Source: Haliotis rufescens
Taxonomy: Eukaryota
DNA: 64,000 nt
Assembly (NCBI RefSeq): GCF_023055435.1
Contig: NW_025963791.1
Location: 43,090,001 to 43,154,000, forward strand
Reading direction: 5' to 3'
Part shown: positions 27,617 through 39,565 of the stretch, one piece after another
Position numbering within the stretch: the first letter of the stretch is position 1
How the letters are laid out: every line of letters begins with the position of its first letter
The notes under the pieces: generated by a model
Seen by the model: only the letters and a program-made list of their open reading frames with translations
Databases searched by the model: none
Told to the model about the DNA's origin: nothing
Position numbers and translations under genes: made by a program

Positions 27617-27716
27617 CTGCGGCAGCAACAGCAACCTATAGCTAGCACGGCGACGAGCAGGACGAAGATGCCAATGCAGACGCCGATGATGACCCAAGGC
27701 AGGTTTGACTCAAGAG
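27617..27716 (-). CDS. Receptor TM exon SLESNLPWVIIGVCIGIFVLLVAVLAIGCCCCRR
   Basis: ttccag/gtaagt; hydrophobic helix followed by a Cys cluster and basic residues; phase 1 to 2. Confidence 0.9.
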
Positions 27717-28164
27717 CTGGAAGGTTAATCACAAAGCCAACATAAGATTGTTTCAAGACACAGCTTACTGAAACATGTGTTAACCTCCGAGTGCAGAAAG
27801 GCTCCCTCTACCTACTGATGAGTATTCTCCCAGCGGGACACAGGGAACATGAGGGGTAAAACAAATAGAACAATAGCACCACAGCATCCTATGTCATCAC
27901 AAGTGAGGGATTTTACGACTCTGTCATTGTTTTACCATTCCTTAAATAAGCATAGGCCATGTTCAAGTATTACAGTTAAGAAATATATTGTTCATCGCAA
28001 TGGATAGGGATATACTTGCTCTCTTGAACATCGAAGGTTGACGTTCAACAACAAATGAAAAAATTAAAGTGTTGCCACTTATGGCTATTCTATGATTATT
28101 TCTGACAATGAATTTGGTATAAATAGTATCCCTTGTGTGGCTTTGTACCATGTGTCATGTATGG

Positions 28165-28834
28165 CTACTCTCATCGCCGGACAGTGCAGGTGTCACCGGT
28201 GTAGTATGTTCTATGTGTGGTGTGTTCAACAGTTACTCACATCGCCAGACAGTGCAAGTGTCACCCGTGTAGTATGTTCTATGTGTGGTGTGTTCAACAG
28301 TTACTCACATCGCCAGACAGTGCAGGTGTCACCGGTGTAGTGTGGTCTATGTGTGGTGTGTTCTATGTGTGGTGTGTTCAACAGTTACTCACATCGCCGG
28401 ACAGTGCAGGTGTCACCGGTGTAGTGTGTTCTATGTGTGGTGTGTTCAACAGTTACTCACATCGCCGGACAGTGCAGGTATCACCGGAGTAGTATGTTCT
28501 ATGTGTGGTGTGTTCAACAGTTACTCACATCGCCGGACAGTGCAGGTGTCACCAGTGTGGTGTGTTCTATGTGTGGTGTGTTCAACAGTTACTCACATCG
28601 CCGGACAGTGCAGGTGTCACCAGTGTGGTGTGTTCTATGTGTGGTGTGTTCAACAGTTACTCACATCGCCGGACAGTGCAGGTGTCACCAGGGTAGTATG
28701 TTCTATGTGTGGTGTGTTCAACAGTTACTCACATCGCCGGCCAGTGCAGGTGTCACTGGTGTAGTATGTTCTATGTGCGGTGTGTTCAACAGTTACTCAC
28801 ATCGCCGGACAGTGCAGGTGTCACCGGTGTAGTA
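28165..28834. repeat. 68-bp minisatellite (about 10 units) containing the EGF exon 3' end plus its splice donor
   Basis: Unit contains ttactcac|atcgccggacagtgcaggtgtcaccggtgtagt. Confidence 0.95.
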
Positions 28835-28923
28835 TTCACTGCAGTCGCAGCTTACTGATCCATCACTACCGTCCCTACAGATGCCGCTGTTTCTACAATA
28901 TCCGGTCTCTAGTTTACACTTGG
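28801..28923 (-). CDS. Receptor EGF-like exon SKCKLETGYCRNSGICRDGSDGSVSCDCSEYYTGDTCTVRR
   Basis: Six Cys in EGF spacing (CxNxGxC, CxC..YxGxxC); phase 1-1. Confidence 0.9.
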
Positions 28924-29259
28924 CTGCAAGGATAAGGAGGTGTCATATAGTTTGGTTTTTAAAACAATCTAGGTTGTGGGCAGATAATGTACATATGGCA
29001 TATGTACATCAATACTTTATAAATAATTTCGAGAAACAGAACATTTTACTATGAAACTATATTGCCCCAAAATCATCGTAGAAGGTAAAAATTACATGGT
29101 TCTCCATGTTTATCAACCATTACATAACACAGTGTTGTCTTTAAGGATCAATCGTGTGTCCCACAAGAACCAAAACTTGACCGTAATGTTAATGTACAGT
29201 CCTATAAATACATACAACGTGAACATTTGCTTTGTACTATTTTATCCAATACCATTGAG

Positions 29260-29383
29260 TGAGTGAGTGAGTGAATATGGTTTTACGCCGCATTTAGCAA
29301 TGTTCCAGCAATATCACGGCGGAATCGAACCAGGGTCTTCGGCGTGAGCGAACGCTTTAACCACCAGGCTACCCGACCGCCCC
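29260..29383 (-). mobile_element. SINE family A, internally deleted, TSD caataccattga
   Basis: Head and tail match family A; flanking direct repeat. Confidence 0.85.
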
Positions 29384-29459
29384 CAATACCATTGAAAAAT
29401 TAGAGAAAACTTTCGTAGGTGCTCTAGAAGAAGAAGTAATGTTAACAATATTAACTTAC

Positions 29460-29621
29460 AAACACAAAAGGACACGTTGGTGCTCTTCTTTGCGCTGGTA
29501 GAGAGCTTGCCTGCACAGGCCATGCAGGAGGTTTGTCCTGTCTGGTCCTGGTACTGACCGATGTCACAGTCCTTGCAGGCGTCTGTGGATGCGTCGTGTC
29601 TTGTGCCTGCTGGGCAGGGTT
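29460..29621 (-). CDS. Receptor ephrin-receptor-like repeat 20 (EPCPAGTRHDASTDACKDCDIGQYQDQTGQTSCMACAGKLSTSAKKSTNVSFCV)
   Basis: GT-AG, phase 1-1, CxxCxxGxYQ..GxxxCxxC. Confidence 0.9.
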
Positions 29622-29829
29622 CTGTAACAAGACCACATCCACTGTGATACGACAAGTAGTAGCATAACCATATCGTAGGTATCACTATCGCCGATTCAGG
29701 ATGATAGATGAAACAATTTTCAGGTTTTATTTCGGACATACACCTTACATAGACACATATATGATAGCTGCGGGATTCCATATACTATCTCCATGTAATC
29801 CATTCACATTTGAATATTACTGATATTAC

Positions 29830-31068
29830 TGAATCCCACAGCCATCATCTACTTGTCATATAGTATATGGAATCTCACAGCCATCGTCTGTGTGTCATTA
29901 AGTATATGGAATCTCACAGCCATCATCTATGGGTCAAATAGTATATGGAATCCCACAGTCATCATCTATGTGTCATAAAGTATATAGAATCCCACAGTCA
30001 TCATCTATGTGTCATATAGTATATGGAATCTCACAGCCATCGTCTATGTGTCATAAAGTATATAGAATCCTACAGACATGATCTATGTGTCATATAGTAT
30101 ATGGAATCCCACAGTCATCATCTATGTGTCATATAGTATATGGAATCCCACAGTCATCATCTATGTGTCATATAGTATATGGAATCCCACAGACATCATC
30201 TATGTGTCATATAGTATATGGAATCCCACAGTCATCATCTATGTGTCATATAGTATATGGAATCCCACAGTCATCATCTATGTGTCATATAGTATATGGA
30301 ATCCCACAGTCATCATCTATGTGTCATATAGTATATGGAATCCCACAGTCATCATCTATGTGTCATATAGTATATGGAATCCCACAGTCATCATCTATGT
30401 GTCATATAGTATATGGAATCCCACAGTCATCATCTATGTGTCATATAGTATATGGAATCTCACAGTCATCGTCTATGTGTCATATAGTATATGGAATCCC
30501 ACAGCCATCATCTATGTGTCATATAGTATATGGAATCCCACAGACATCATCTACTTGTCATATAGTATATGGAATCCCACAGTCATCATCTATGTGTCAT
30601 ATAGTATATGGAATCCCACAGTCATCATCTATGTGTCATATAGTATATGGAATCCCACAGGCATCATCTATGTGTCATATAGTATATGGAATCCCACAGT
30701 CATCATCTATGTGTCATATAGTATATGGAATCCCACAGTCATCATCTATGTGTCATATAGTATATGGAATCCCACAGTCATCATCTATGTGTCATATAGT
30801 ATATGGAATCTCACAGTCATCGTCTATGTGTCATATAGTATATGGAATCCCACAGTCATCATCTATGTGTCATATAGTATATGGAATCTCACAGTCATCA
30901 TCTATGTGTCATATAGTATATGGAATCCCACAGTCATCATCTATGTGTCATATAGTATATGGAATCTCACAGTCATCGTCTATGTGTCATATAGTATATG
31001 GAATCCCACAGCCATCATCTATGTGTCATATAGTATATGGAACCCCACAGACATCATCTATGTGTCAA
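29830..31068. repeat. 39-bp minisatellite (ggaatcccacagtcatcatctatgtgtcatatagtatat), about 31 copies, between inverted arms 29711-29788 and 31030-31107
   Basis: Direct periodicity; the flanks are reverse complements. Confidence 0.95.
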
Positions 31069-31799
31069 TATAAGGTGTATGTCCGAAATAAAACCTGAAA
31101 ACTGTTTTTCTCTCTTTTCCAAATATCATCAGGACCATGCTATTATTATTATTATTATAATTATCAATCCTGGTAATAATATCAATAACAACAACAACAA
31201 CAATAATAAGATAGGTTTATAGAGTAAAAATATCATTTATAGCTATCGTGTGTCGTCATACTGATTGCTTATTTCATCTCATTTTCGAAAGGTAGTGGAA
31301 ACTTTCTGCTCTATGCTGTTCCTGGAGAACAGAAAAACATGTCACCCAAACGCACCCCTTAGTCGCAATCGCGCCCCAGAACCAACCCATGCTTGCCGTG
31401 CCCAAGGGACCCAACTCTGCACAGCGAATCGCGGCGCTTTAGACGACTAAAGTCTCAGAACCAATGAGATTAATTAGCAAGGATCACAGTCGACGAGATG
31501 ACTGAAAAATCTTTTCAGAAGAACGGGTTAGACTGTGGGCAGGATATGCTGAAAGGTGATGCTGTTGCATAACTCTAGCTGTTTGGTGACGAAGCAGGTA
31601 CATTATTCTGTGGGAAAAGGACAGGCTGCACAGACGTTGAAGGTTGCGTGAAGGCAGTTAGTTGGAGACTGCACACATGTCAGAGGCTGGATGAATTCCG
31701 GGTCTGCGTGAAACACTGTGTATGCGCAGTTTTCTGTGCCTGTGCAAAGGTCTGTGTCTGAGTGAATTCGAGAAGTTTTGATACCGTGGAAGTTGTGGT

Positions 31800-32070
31800 T
31801 GGTTGGTTGGTTGGTTTGTTGTTTACGCCGCACTCAGAAATATTCCAGCTATATGACGGCGGTCTGTAAATAATCGAGTCTGAACCAGACAATCCAGTGA
31901 TTAATATCATGAGCATCGATCCACGCAATTGGGATCGATGACATGCATCAACCAAGTCAGCGAGCCTGACCACCCGATCCCGTTAGTCGCCTTTTACGAC
32001 AAGCATAGTAGCCTTTTACGGCAAGCATGGGTTGCTGAAGAGCTATTCTACCCCGGAATCTTCACGGGTC
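31800..32070 (-). mobile_element. SINE-like family B, full length, 12-bp TSD ggaagttgtggt
   Basis: TSDs 31788-31799 and 32071-32082; 3' tail shared with families A and C; (aacc)n end. Confidence 0.88.
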
Positions 32071-32408
32071 GGAAGTTGTGGTAACCGTCTGTTGCTGTGA
32101 ACGTGAAGGGTTGCCCACACGTGTCTTATTTCTCAGAGGAGGGAGGTTTAGTGAACCCTTTGTCAATGATACATTTGTCTTCATGGAGTTGAGAGCCTTC
32201 ATGTAGGTATGCATCTTCAGATTTTAGCAAGGTCTGAAGATGAAATTAACGACTTGCTCTTCTTGGATTTTGGATATGCCCTTCAGTAACAAGTCAATGC
32301 TCCTGCTGAGGGAAGAAGTCTTGATTGAAACTTGATTGACAGGTTGGATGGTTAAGGTGTCAGTGCCTTCACCCTTTATACAATAAGTATCCTTGGGGAA
32401 GAATTTCT

Positions 32409-32645
32409 GTTTGTTTGTTTGTTGTTCAACGCGCACTCAGCAATATACCAGCTATATCACGGCTGTCTGTAAAATAATCGAGTCTGGACCAGACGAACCA
32501 GTGATTGACATCATCAATATTCCAGCTATATCACGGCGTTCTGTAAACTAATAATAGTGATTGACACCCTGAGCATCGATCCACGCAATTGGGGTCGATG
32601 ACATGTATCAACCAAGTCAGCGAGTCTGACCACCCGATCCCGTTA
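32409..32645 (-). mobile_element. SINE-like family B, truncated with internal duplication
   Basis: Similarity to 31800-32070. Confidence 0.8.
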
Positions 32646-32903
32646 TGCGGGATAGGGGTGAAAAGATGGGATTTCATCTGTGAACCAAGCCATTCACTCA
32701 TGGTCTTCAGATTGGGATGACTTGTTTCATATACAACCTCAAACACACACTCTTCTTGGAAAGAAGCATTAGGTTTGGGAGCCATGGTTGAACAGAGCGA
32801 GGTCTGAGAATTTGCTTCAGAAATGACGTTGAACCTTTATTCATCGTCTGATGCTGCTGTATAGAAAGTAGAACACGCAGTGAGATTCTAGCTATAAAAT
32901 CGG

Positions 32904-33059
32904 GCGGTTGGGCAGCCTGGTGGTTAAAGCGTTCGCTCGTCACGCCGAAGACCCGGGTTCGATTCCCGACATTGGTAATGTGTGAAGCCCATTTCTGGTG
33001 TCCCCCGCCGTGATACTGCTGGAATATTGCAAAATGCGGCGTAAAACCAAACTCACTCA
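32904..33059 (+). mobile_element. SINE family A, 16-bp TSD ctagctataaaatcgg
   Basis: TSDs 32888-32903 and 33060-33075. Confidence 0.92.
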
Positions 33060-33633
33060 CTAGCTATAAAATCGGTATTTGAAGATTAAGTATTTATCGT
33101 ACCCTGCTGGAAGAATGCTGGATGCATGGATGTTGGATAATGCGTGAACAATGGAGGCTAAGAGTAGGTAGGGTGGTGAAAGAAGCCCTAAGTCTGCATG
33201 TAAGTCTGTGGCTGTGTGAAGGCCTGAATCTGTGCGAAGGTGTTACGATGCATGAAGGTCATGCATGACTGCGTTCACCACTGTCTTAAGCTACGTGAGA
33301 GTTGACGGCTGAGTGCAGAAATCTTTCAAATGGACCCCTTCACAGGATAATGTTGCAATCAGCTCTGTGGTGATGATCAACTTAGCAAAGACATGCTCTC
33401 ACGTGACTGGAGACGACTTTGATCAGGCGGGAGAGATGCTATTCTTCTACACTAAGGTCTGTAGGTTCTTACTGTGAAGGGAGGAGACAGCAAAATATTT
33501 CTTCTTAGAACTGGATGAACCCTTTAACGGCGTCAACACTTCTGTTGCCATGAGAACACCTTGTGGGCATGACTTGGTTGACTGGTTGAAGTTCAGGTAG
33601 AAATATCATGTCAAAATTCCTCGCTTCCTCTGA

Positions 33634-33914
33634 GTGAGTGAGTGAGTTGGGTATTTACGCCGCTTTTAACAGTATTCCAGTTATATCGCGGCGTGTCAGC
33701 TTGGTGTGGGAGGAAAGCCCGAAGTGATGCAGGTCCCAGACGTTTACCACTTCGGTGAAACCCACGAGCACGGGTATGGTGCTGACAAACCTAGCAACAT
33801 AATTGGGGCAAACCGGGATTCGAACCCACAATCACAGGTTTCTGGCGTGCCCAAGGGACGCAACTCTGCACAGCGAATCGCGGCGCCTTAGACGACTGGG
33901 CCACCCGTGGCCCC
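33634..33914 (-). mobile_element. SINE family C (tRNA-Leu/Ser-like head), full length, TSD cgcttcctctga
   Basis: A box gtggcccagtcg, B box ggttcgaatcc, (actc)n tail; TSDs 33622-33633 and 33915-33926. Confidence 0.88.
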
Positions 33915-34322
33915 CGCTTCCTCTGAAGGAGGCATTGGTGTTACCTCACGTCATGAGGATGACGAAGATTGTGATGAACTCTTAGGAACGAACTTCTTTA
34001 TTGTATTTTTTTCAAACGGTTAATTTTGACACGATCTCTCGGATGACAGAGCACCAAGCAAACATTCCTAATTATTCCGTTGCCGCGAAAATGAAAGAGA
34101 GACGAGTTACCGGCAAAGTGACGTGGTTCAGGTGCGCATGTGCAGCTCGGGGTGCATTAGGGTGAGATATATGTTTCTCTTCTCCGGGAACACGGCAAAG
34201 GACGTTTCCACTACCTTTGGAAATGGGATAAGGTAAGTAATTTGTATGATAAGGTAAAATAGATGTCCAGAAATCTTCAGCCACCACTGTGTCTGGAATA
34301 TACAGTTTTGATGTGTACTGAC

Positions 34323-34413
34323 CACAAGATCCAGACTTCATCACTGAGCCCGGTGCGCACGACGTCGATGAACCTTCAAGATTGATCGGACCGGGTGTTA
34401 TGCCAGTCGGAGC
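34323..34413 (-). CDS. Receptor module 2 exon c (APTGITPGPINLEGSSTSCAPGSVMKSGSC)
   Basis: ttttag/gtcagt; phase 0 to 1 bridges its neighbours. Confidence 0.8.
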
Positions 34414-35401
34414 CTAAAACACAATACAGAGGTCAGGAGGTAATTCTGCTACAATGTATGTATATCATCCCTTTACACTGATATACACTTACACCCCTAT
34501 CTCATGGGCACATGCACTGTCCTTACTCCACTTTATTACCCACCATTGCCTCCAACATTTTAAGTCACTTGATATCATGCATCCGGGATTTTTTCTGGTC
34601 ATATATTTGAAAGAATGACAAAGGCATTTGAGTACTGTTGAGGTAACAAACACGTGACTAAAACCATTTGTTTTTTACATTCTGAAAATACGAGGATTTA
34701 CAGATTATCGTGGAATTATTTTGGGAAATGTGAAGGAGAGGACCTGTCGTACGGACAACACGTAAGTCCCAACAGGGTCGGTCACTCTCTAAATTACACA
34801 GTCAGATGATAACATCAGAATAGCAAAGGGGGATGATATGGTAAGCGCATCTGTTGTTTTAACATAACGACACCTATGGCATCCGGCGCAATGAATCAGT
34901 GAGAGAACAACAGTCACGAACACGCTAATTCTCAGGAAGCAACACATATAATTTATCAGTAAGAACAGTTAGACAATAGCTGGGTACCTGTGAGTAACAT
35001 TACCTTTTACTTGTCATCTGTTTATCAAAGTAACAATCAAAAGAAATTTGGAGTATTAAAGGCCAAAACATTCCACTTTTTACATTGAAGCACCAGACCA
35101 ACATGTGAGTTCATAAAACACTGCAGTTTCTACGTACTGAATTGAGTCTGTGACAGCTTCAACCACATTAGTGATAGTAGGTAGTGATAATCCACTCGTA
35201 CACTGGACTCTGATTTTGGTAAACGTTTTATGGCTTTTATTTACATTTTTAAGCCGGGTACATTTCAACCTTATAAAGAATATTTATCCCTGAAGGTTGA
35301 TAAATTATCTTGCATGCAATGCAATGAGACAGATTATCATGAATGCACGACGATCTCACACACCAAGGTGATCACTGAACCTGAAACATGTACAGACTTA
35401 C

Positions 35402-35498
35402 CAGGACCGGGGTGGCAGCAGCGTTATCGTCCAGAGCCTGCACCAGCAGCGATTCAGGACTTCTTGAAATAGTGTTGTCTGTGTTGGGTATTTGCTCT
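35402..35498 (-). CDS. Receptor module 2 exon b (EQIPNTDNTISRSPESLLVQALDDNAAATPVL)
   Basis: gacag/gtaagt; phase 2 to 0. Confidence 0.8.
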
Positions 35499-35838
35499 CT
35501 GTCGCCAAAATACAACTATATTATTGTTTGTTTGTCTGTCGGTTTCAGCAACACATGACGGATGGCTGTAAATAATCGATTCTGTCAGCGACTGACATCA
35601 CAGGCTTCGATTCATGCTACAGGGATTCTTTACCGCACAATCAGCCAGGTCACCGAGCTTGAGCAACGATCCATGTAATCGCCTCTCATGACAAGCATGT
35701 GTTGCTGTGGAACTCACGTGTTGTATGAAAAAGGACATGACATAATATCTATTCAAAGCCGTAGAGTAATTGGATATTTACAATTGTCCTCATACATTTG
35801 CAAAAATAATAATTGGAGGTTGAGTGTTTTTCACTTAC

Positions 35839-36106
35839 GGGAGATTTGACGCTTTTACTTCAGCAGTGATTGTTTCTCCTGTTTGCCTCTTCCTGCGGGT
35901 CCCTCCGCACGGAACTATGATGATGATCGCAATGTTACCACAGGAACTGCCCTGACAGAGGCCCGGGAACACGCTTGCACGGATTGTGATTAAGAACCTG
36001 ATCTGTGCTGTGATCGTGTTATGAATCAAAGTCGGGTTCTGGCATGACGTTACAAAGAATGACATCCGTACTGTCACTGTCCTGAACACAGGTGCCCGTG
36101 TAGTCG
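35839..36106 (-). CDS. Receptor module 2 exon a, SEA-like, with RRKR furin-type site
   Basis: ...VFPGLCQGSSCGNI...PCGGTRRKRQT...; phase 1 to 2. Confidence 0.85.
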
Positions 36107-36246
36107 CTTCAAGAGGAAGAAAACACAGATTACGACAGTATACACAATACGATAAAGTAAGTGTAAGAAAATAGATCTTTATGGAGAAGCTAAACACTCT
36201 ATGTCAAATCTAAGGAAATTGTGTAGAGCCAACTTCCATATCTCAC

Positions 36247-36408
36247 CTTGGAAAGCCAAGCATGTCTTTGATCCTGCAAATGCCGTAGTCTGACCAGTAG
36301 GACAGAAGTAGCAGTAGTCGCTGATGTTGGGTTTCCGGATCTGACCGATTGGGCAGGAGTCACATGCTTTTGTTAGTCGATTATATCCAGTTCCCTCAGC
36401 GCAGTCAG
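36247..36408 (-). CDS. Receptor ephrin-receptor-like repeat 19
   Basis: ADCAEGTGYNRLTKACDSCPIGQIRKPNISDYCYFCPTGQTT; phase 1-1. Confidence 0.88.
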
Positions 36409-36865
36409 CTGAAGAAGAGACCATCGTGATTATATGGTGAGTTTGGGGCTAATTTAAAATTGTGTTTAATGACATATAGGAACTAAATGTTAAGTAGATT
36501 CTTTTCAAACATAATCCTGATTATGATTGTATAATATATGTGAAATTCTAGACATTAATTTACAAAGTGACTGAAGTACAACCTTTCCCAGCAAGATTGA
36601 AGGGTCAGATGAAAGGCGCTAACATTCATGAAACAGCCAAGAGGATGGAATTGCCAATATGTTTTATGGCAGATTTCAGCGTTTTCTGCACAAGTATCTT
36701 CATGAGCGAAATATAAGATCCGTCTTAATGTTCATTATAGCTTGTTTTGCAATGGAATTGGCAAAATGTAAGAACCTATTAAGATACAGCTGTGTAAACA
36801 ATGAACCGTAATTACAAGATCTCGAGGCCACCTGCTTCTTGTATACCGGAAGTACCACTATATGA

Positions 36866-36983
36866 TCGATGCGCATTATGTAATCACTGGATTGTCTAGT
36901 CCAGACTCGATTTTTTACAGATCATGTCATATAGCTGGAATACTGCTGATTGCGGCGTTAAACAACAAACAAACAAACAAACA
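36866..36983 (+). mobile_element. SINE-like family B, 3' fragment
   Basis: atagctggaatactgctgattgcggcgttaaacaac(aaac)n tail. Confidence 0.75.
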
Positions 36984-37288
36984 ACCACTATATGAGGACG
37001 AGTGACCCCCTAGAGGGTGTCAATCTGAGAGGGTAAGATCATGGAAAATTGGACAATATAGGCAGCAATATTGCATTATGCCATAGTCAGTATGATGGAA
37101 GTGTGATCATATATTGACAGCTACAGAAATACTAAAAACTAGCAGTGGCAGTGTGATCATAACATTGCAATAACAAATGAAACTAACGGCCGCTTCAAAC
37201 AATATATCAATGAAAGAACTCGACAGTTGGAAACCCCCTTCAGTGAATACTTACATATCTACATGGGTTACATGTGGTTAATTCTTAC

Positions 37289-37453
37289 CGATACACTGGG
37301 CTTTGTCTGTGGCATTAGTAACAGAGAGAAATGTAGTCGTGTTCACGTCACACTTTATACAAGATGTCTGTCCTCTGGTCGGCTGGTAGAACCCCTTGCC
37401 ACATGCCTGACAACCCTGGTTCTCTTTTCTGAAGTAACCTGGCTGACAGTCAA
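37289..37453 (-). CDS. Receptor repeat 18
   Basis: VDCQPGYFRKENQGCQACGKGFYQPTRGQTSCIKC; phase 1-1. Confidence 0.9.
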
Positions 37454-38685
37454 CTAAAACAGAACAGAACATTCCATATGTGGCAATATATGGCAAATGT
37501 GTCCTTCTAATACTTGAATGATAAGTACAATACCTTTAATAATATAATTTTTTAATAAAACTGAGACTTTATTGCTCTGGTTTCTCAAGCAAGTACATGG
37601 AGCCACAAGAGTTTTCTGCATGCCACTCGTATCATGCAGATTAACAGGCGACATAAACAACCTTATGCATTTCTTGTCATATAACTTTGTTTTGGCTACA
37701 AAGAATAGTTAAACAATCCAAAGTAAATGTATTTTTTTTAACTTTATGAAAAGAGGACAATATATACTAATCAAAAGTAGTTAACTATGTCATGAACATG
37801 ATGTGTTATGATCAGCAGTAGATTGACGTGAATAACTGCTTAATGAGTAACAGACAGGTAATGAAGCCAGATGTACAGTTAGGATAAGGATTAACAAGAC
37901 AAGCTGATTACAAAGGCCTATTGCTTGATAAGCGCTCCACAGGCATACGATGTGTAATACCCTTGATCTCTGCTGATCGACGGCTTGTGACAACGTATTT
38001 TTAAAGCTTCTGGGAGTTTTCCTTTTGTGAAGTCCTGATGATTGGTAGATGGATTTTGGACTTTGTCAAACTGAACTGGATGGCTGGGGAATTTCTGCTG
38101 GTGGTCTAATGAGGCTGATTTGCTGAGTGCTTTGGCTGTTGCATCCTACGTTATGACTCCAAAAAGGTAAAAGAACACCCTATTTTTTAGGATTACTATT
38201 AATAATTTGTCATGGCTTGACATATTAATTAAGGTAATGTGACAATACATCGGGGGTTCTTTAACTTCCTTTGAATAGTATATGTTGGAATATAACATCT
38301 GTTGCATATGATCACACAATGCCATTTAGAAAGTGGTCAAAAGTAACACATGTAAAGTACACTTGTAAGAGGGGTACACAAAGTACTGATCTAGACTACC
38401 AGTTGTCGGACTTCAATTTTTTGTGGAAGCCTCGGTGGGTGAGTGAGTTAGATCGCTGACTTTGTGTGCGATTAGGTGCTTCACTCTGGCGGTGTGGTTT
38501 CGAATCCCGGACTGGACTCAACACAAAACAAGGACGAGAATGTGTATTTTACCAGGAAAGTGTTACCCCGAATATAACATATGTTACATTTGTGGCACAT
38601 TTTGTAAATGTTCTGGTCGATCAACGTTATTGGATGACGACATAATGCCATAATATGAAGCAAGTATTGATTGATGGGGATGTAC

Positions 38686-38853
38686 CAAGGTCACAGTTGG
38701 CTTCTTGAGTTGCACCCGTCAAGGTCGTTGTTCTGCCGGTGGGGCACAGGCGACACTGAGTGGTGGTTCCTGCTGTGGGCAAGAAGGTGCCAAGGGGACA
38801 CGGGATACACGAGCGTGACGTCACATTAAGGTATTTCCCTGCGCCACACGAAG
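38686..38853 (-). CDS. Receptor repeat 17
   Basis: SCGAGKYLNVTSRSCIPCPLGTFLPTAGTTTQCRLCPTG; phase 1-1. Confidence 0.9.
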
Positions 38854-39225
38854 CTGGAAGGACATCACAATGGATTTGGGCAATTGATTCATCATACATT
38901 TTTTTTTCAACATTTGATCTTGAAAAGTGTCAATCAAGGTTTGTGAATGGCTGTGTTAGTATTTAAACATGTCCTACAAAACTATTTTGACATAACGACA
39001 TTTATTGATGAAAACAAAATTTCCTTATGCTTATATCAAAATGTGTAATGCTATATATGTGAATGACGTACTTACCAGCTCTTTGTCTATAGGAGAAGAT
39101 AGTTATAACAATATTTTTTCTAAAGTTTCACTTTGTTAAAATATATCCCGTATGCTTCTCATACACCATGACTACAACTTATACAAATTATACGACTGCT
39201 GCACAGTTGGAGGAGAAACACTCAC

Positions 39226-39393
39226 GCATGCAGTCGTCCGCCTTGGTAGAGGCATTCTGTAATGTGATGTAACCAGCGGGCGTGCAGGTGATGCACCTCG
39301 TCTTGCCACTTGACGGCTGGTAGGTGCCCAGCATACATTCATTGCACGCTCTGCGGTCACTGGCTGGACGGTACTGACCAGCCGGACACAGCC
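39226..39393 (-). CDS. Receptor repeat 16
   Basis: LCPAGQYRPASDRRACNECMLGTYQPSSGKTRCITC; phase 1-1. Confidence 0.9.
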
Positions 39394-39565
39394 CTGGAAG
39401 CAATTGACAAAGATTAAGACATGACAAAGATGTATTATCATCCGATGAAGACAAAGCTGTCATCACTGACATTATCACACGATCTGCCACCAAACGATGC
39501 GTACATAATTGTGTAATAAAACGTTTGAAATGAAGGCAAGTGTATCACATATGAAGTTGAGGTGA

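Noticed and set aside
30078-31098. 331 and 337 aa repeat ORFs
   Set aside because: 39-bp intronic satellite, antisense to the host gene
31450-34000. Coding-like intronic sequence between SINEs, possibly an old mobile element
   Set aside because: No recognisable motif or open frame; needs a translated search
35080-35210. Open stretch CTSGLSLPT... as an extra receptor exon
   Set aside because: Weak splice sites; phases are already satisfied by 35402-35498 joining 34323-34413
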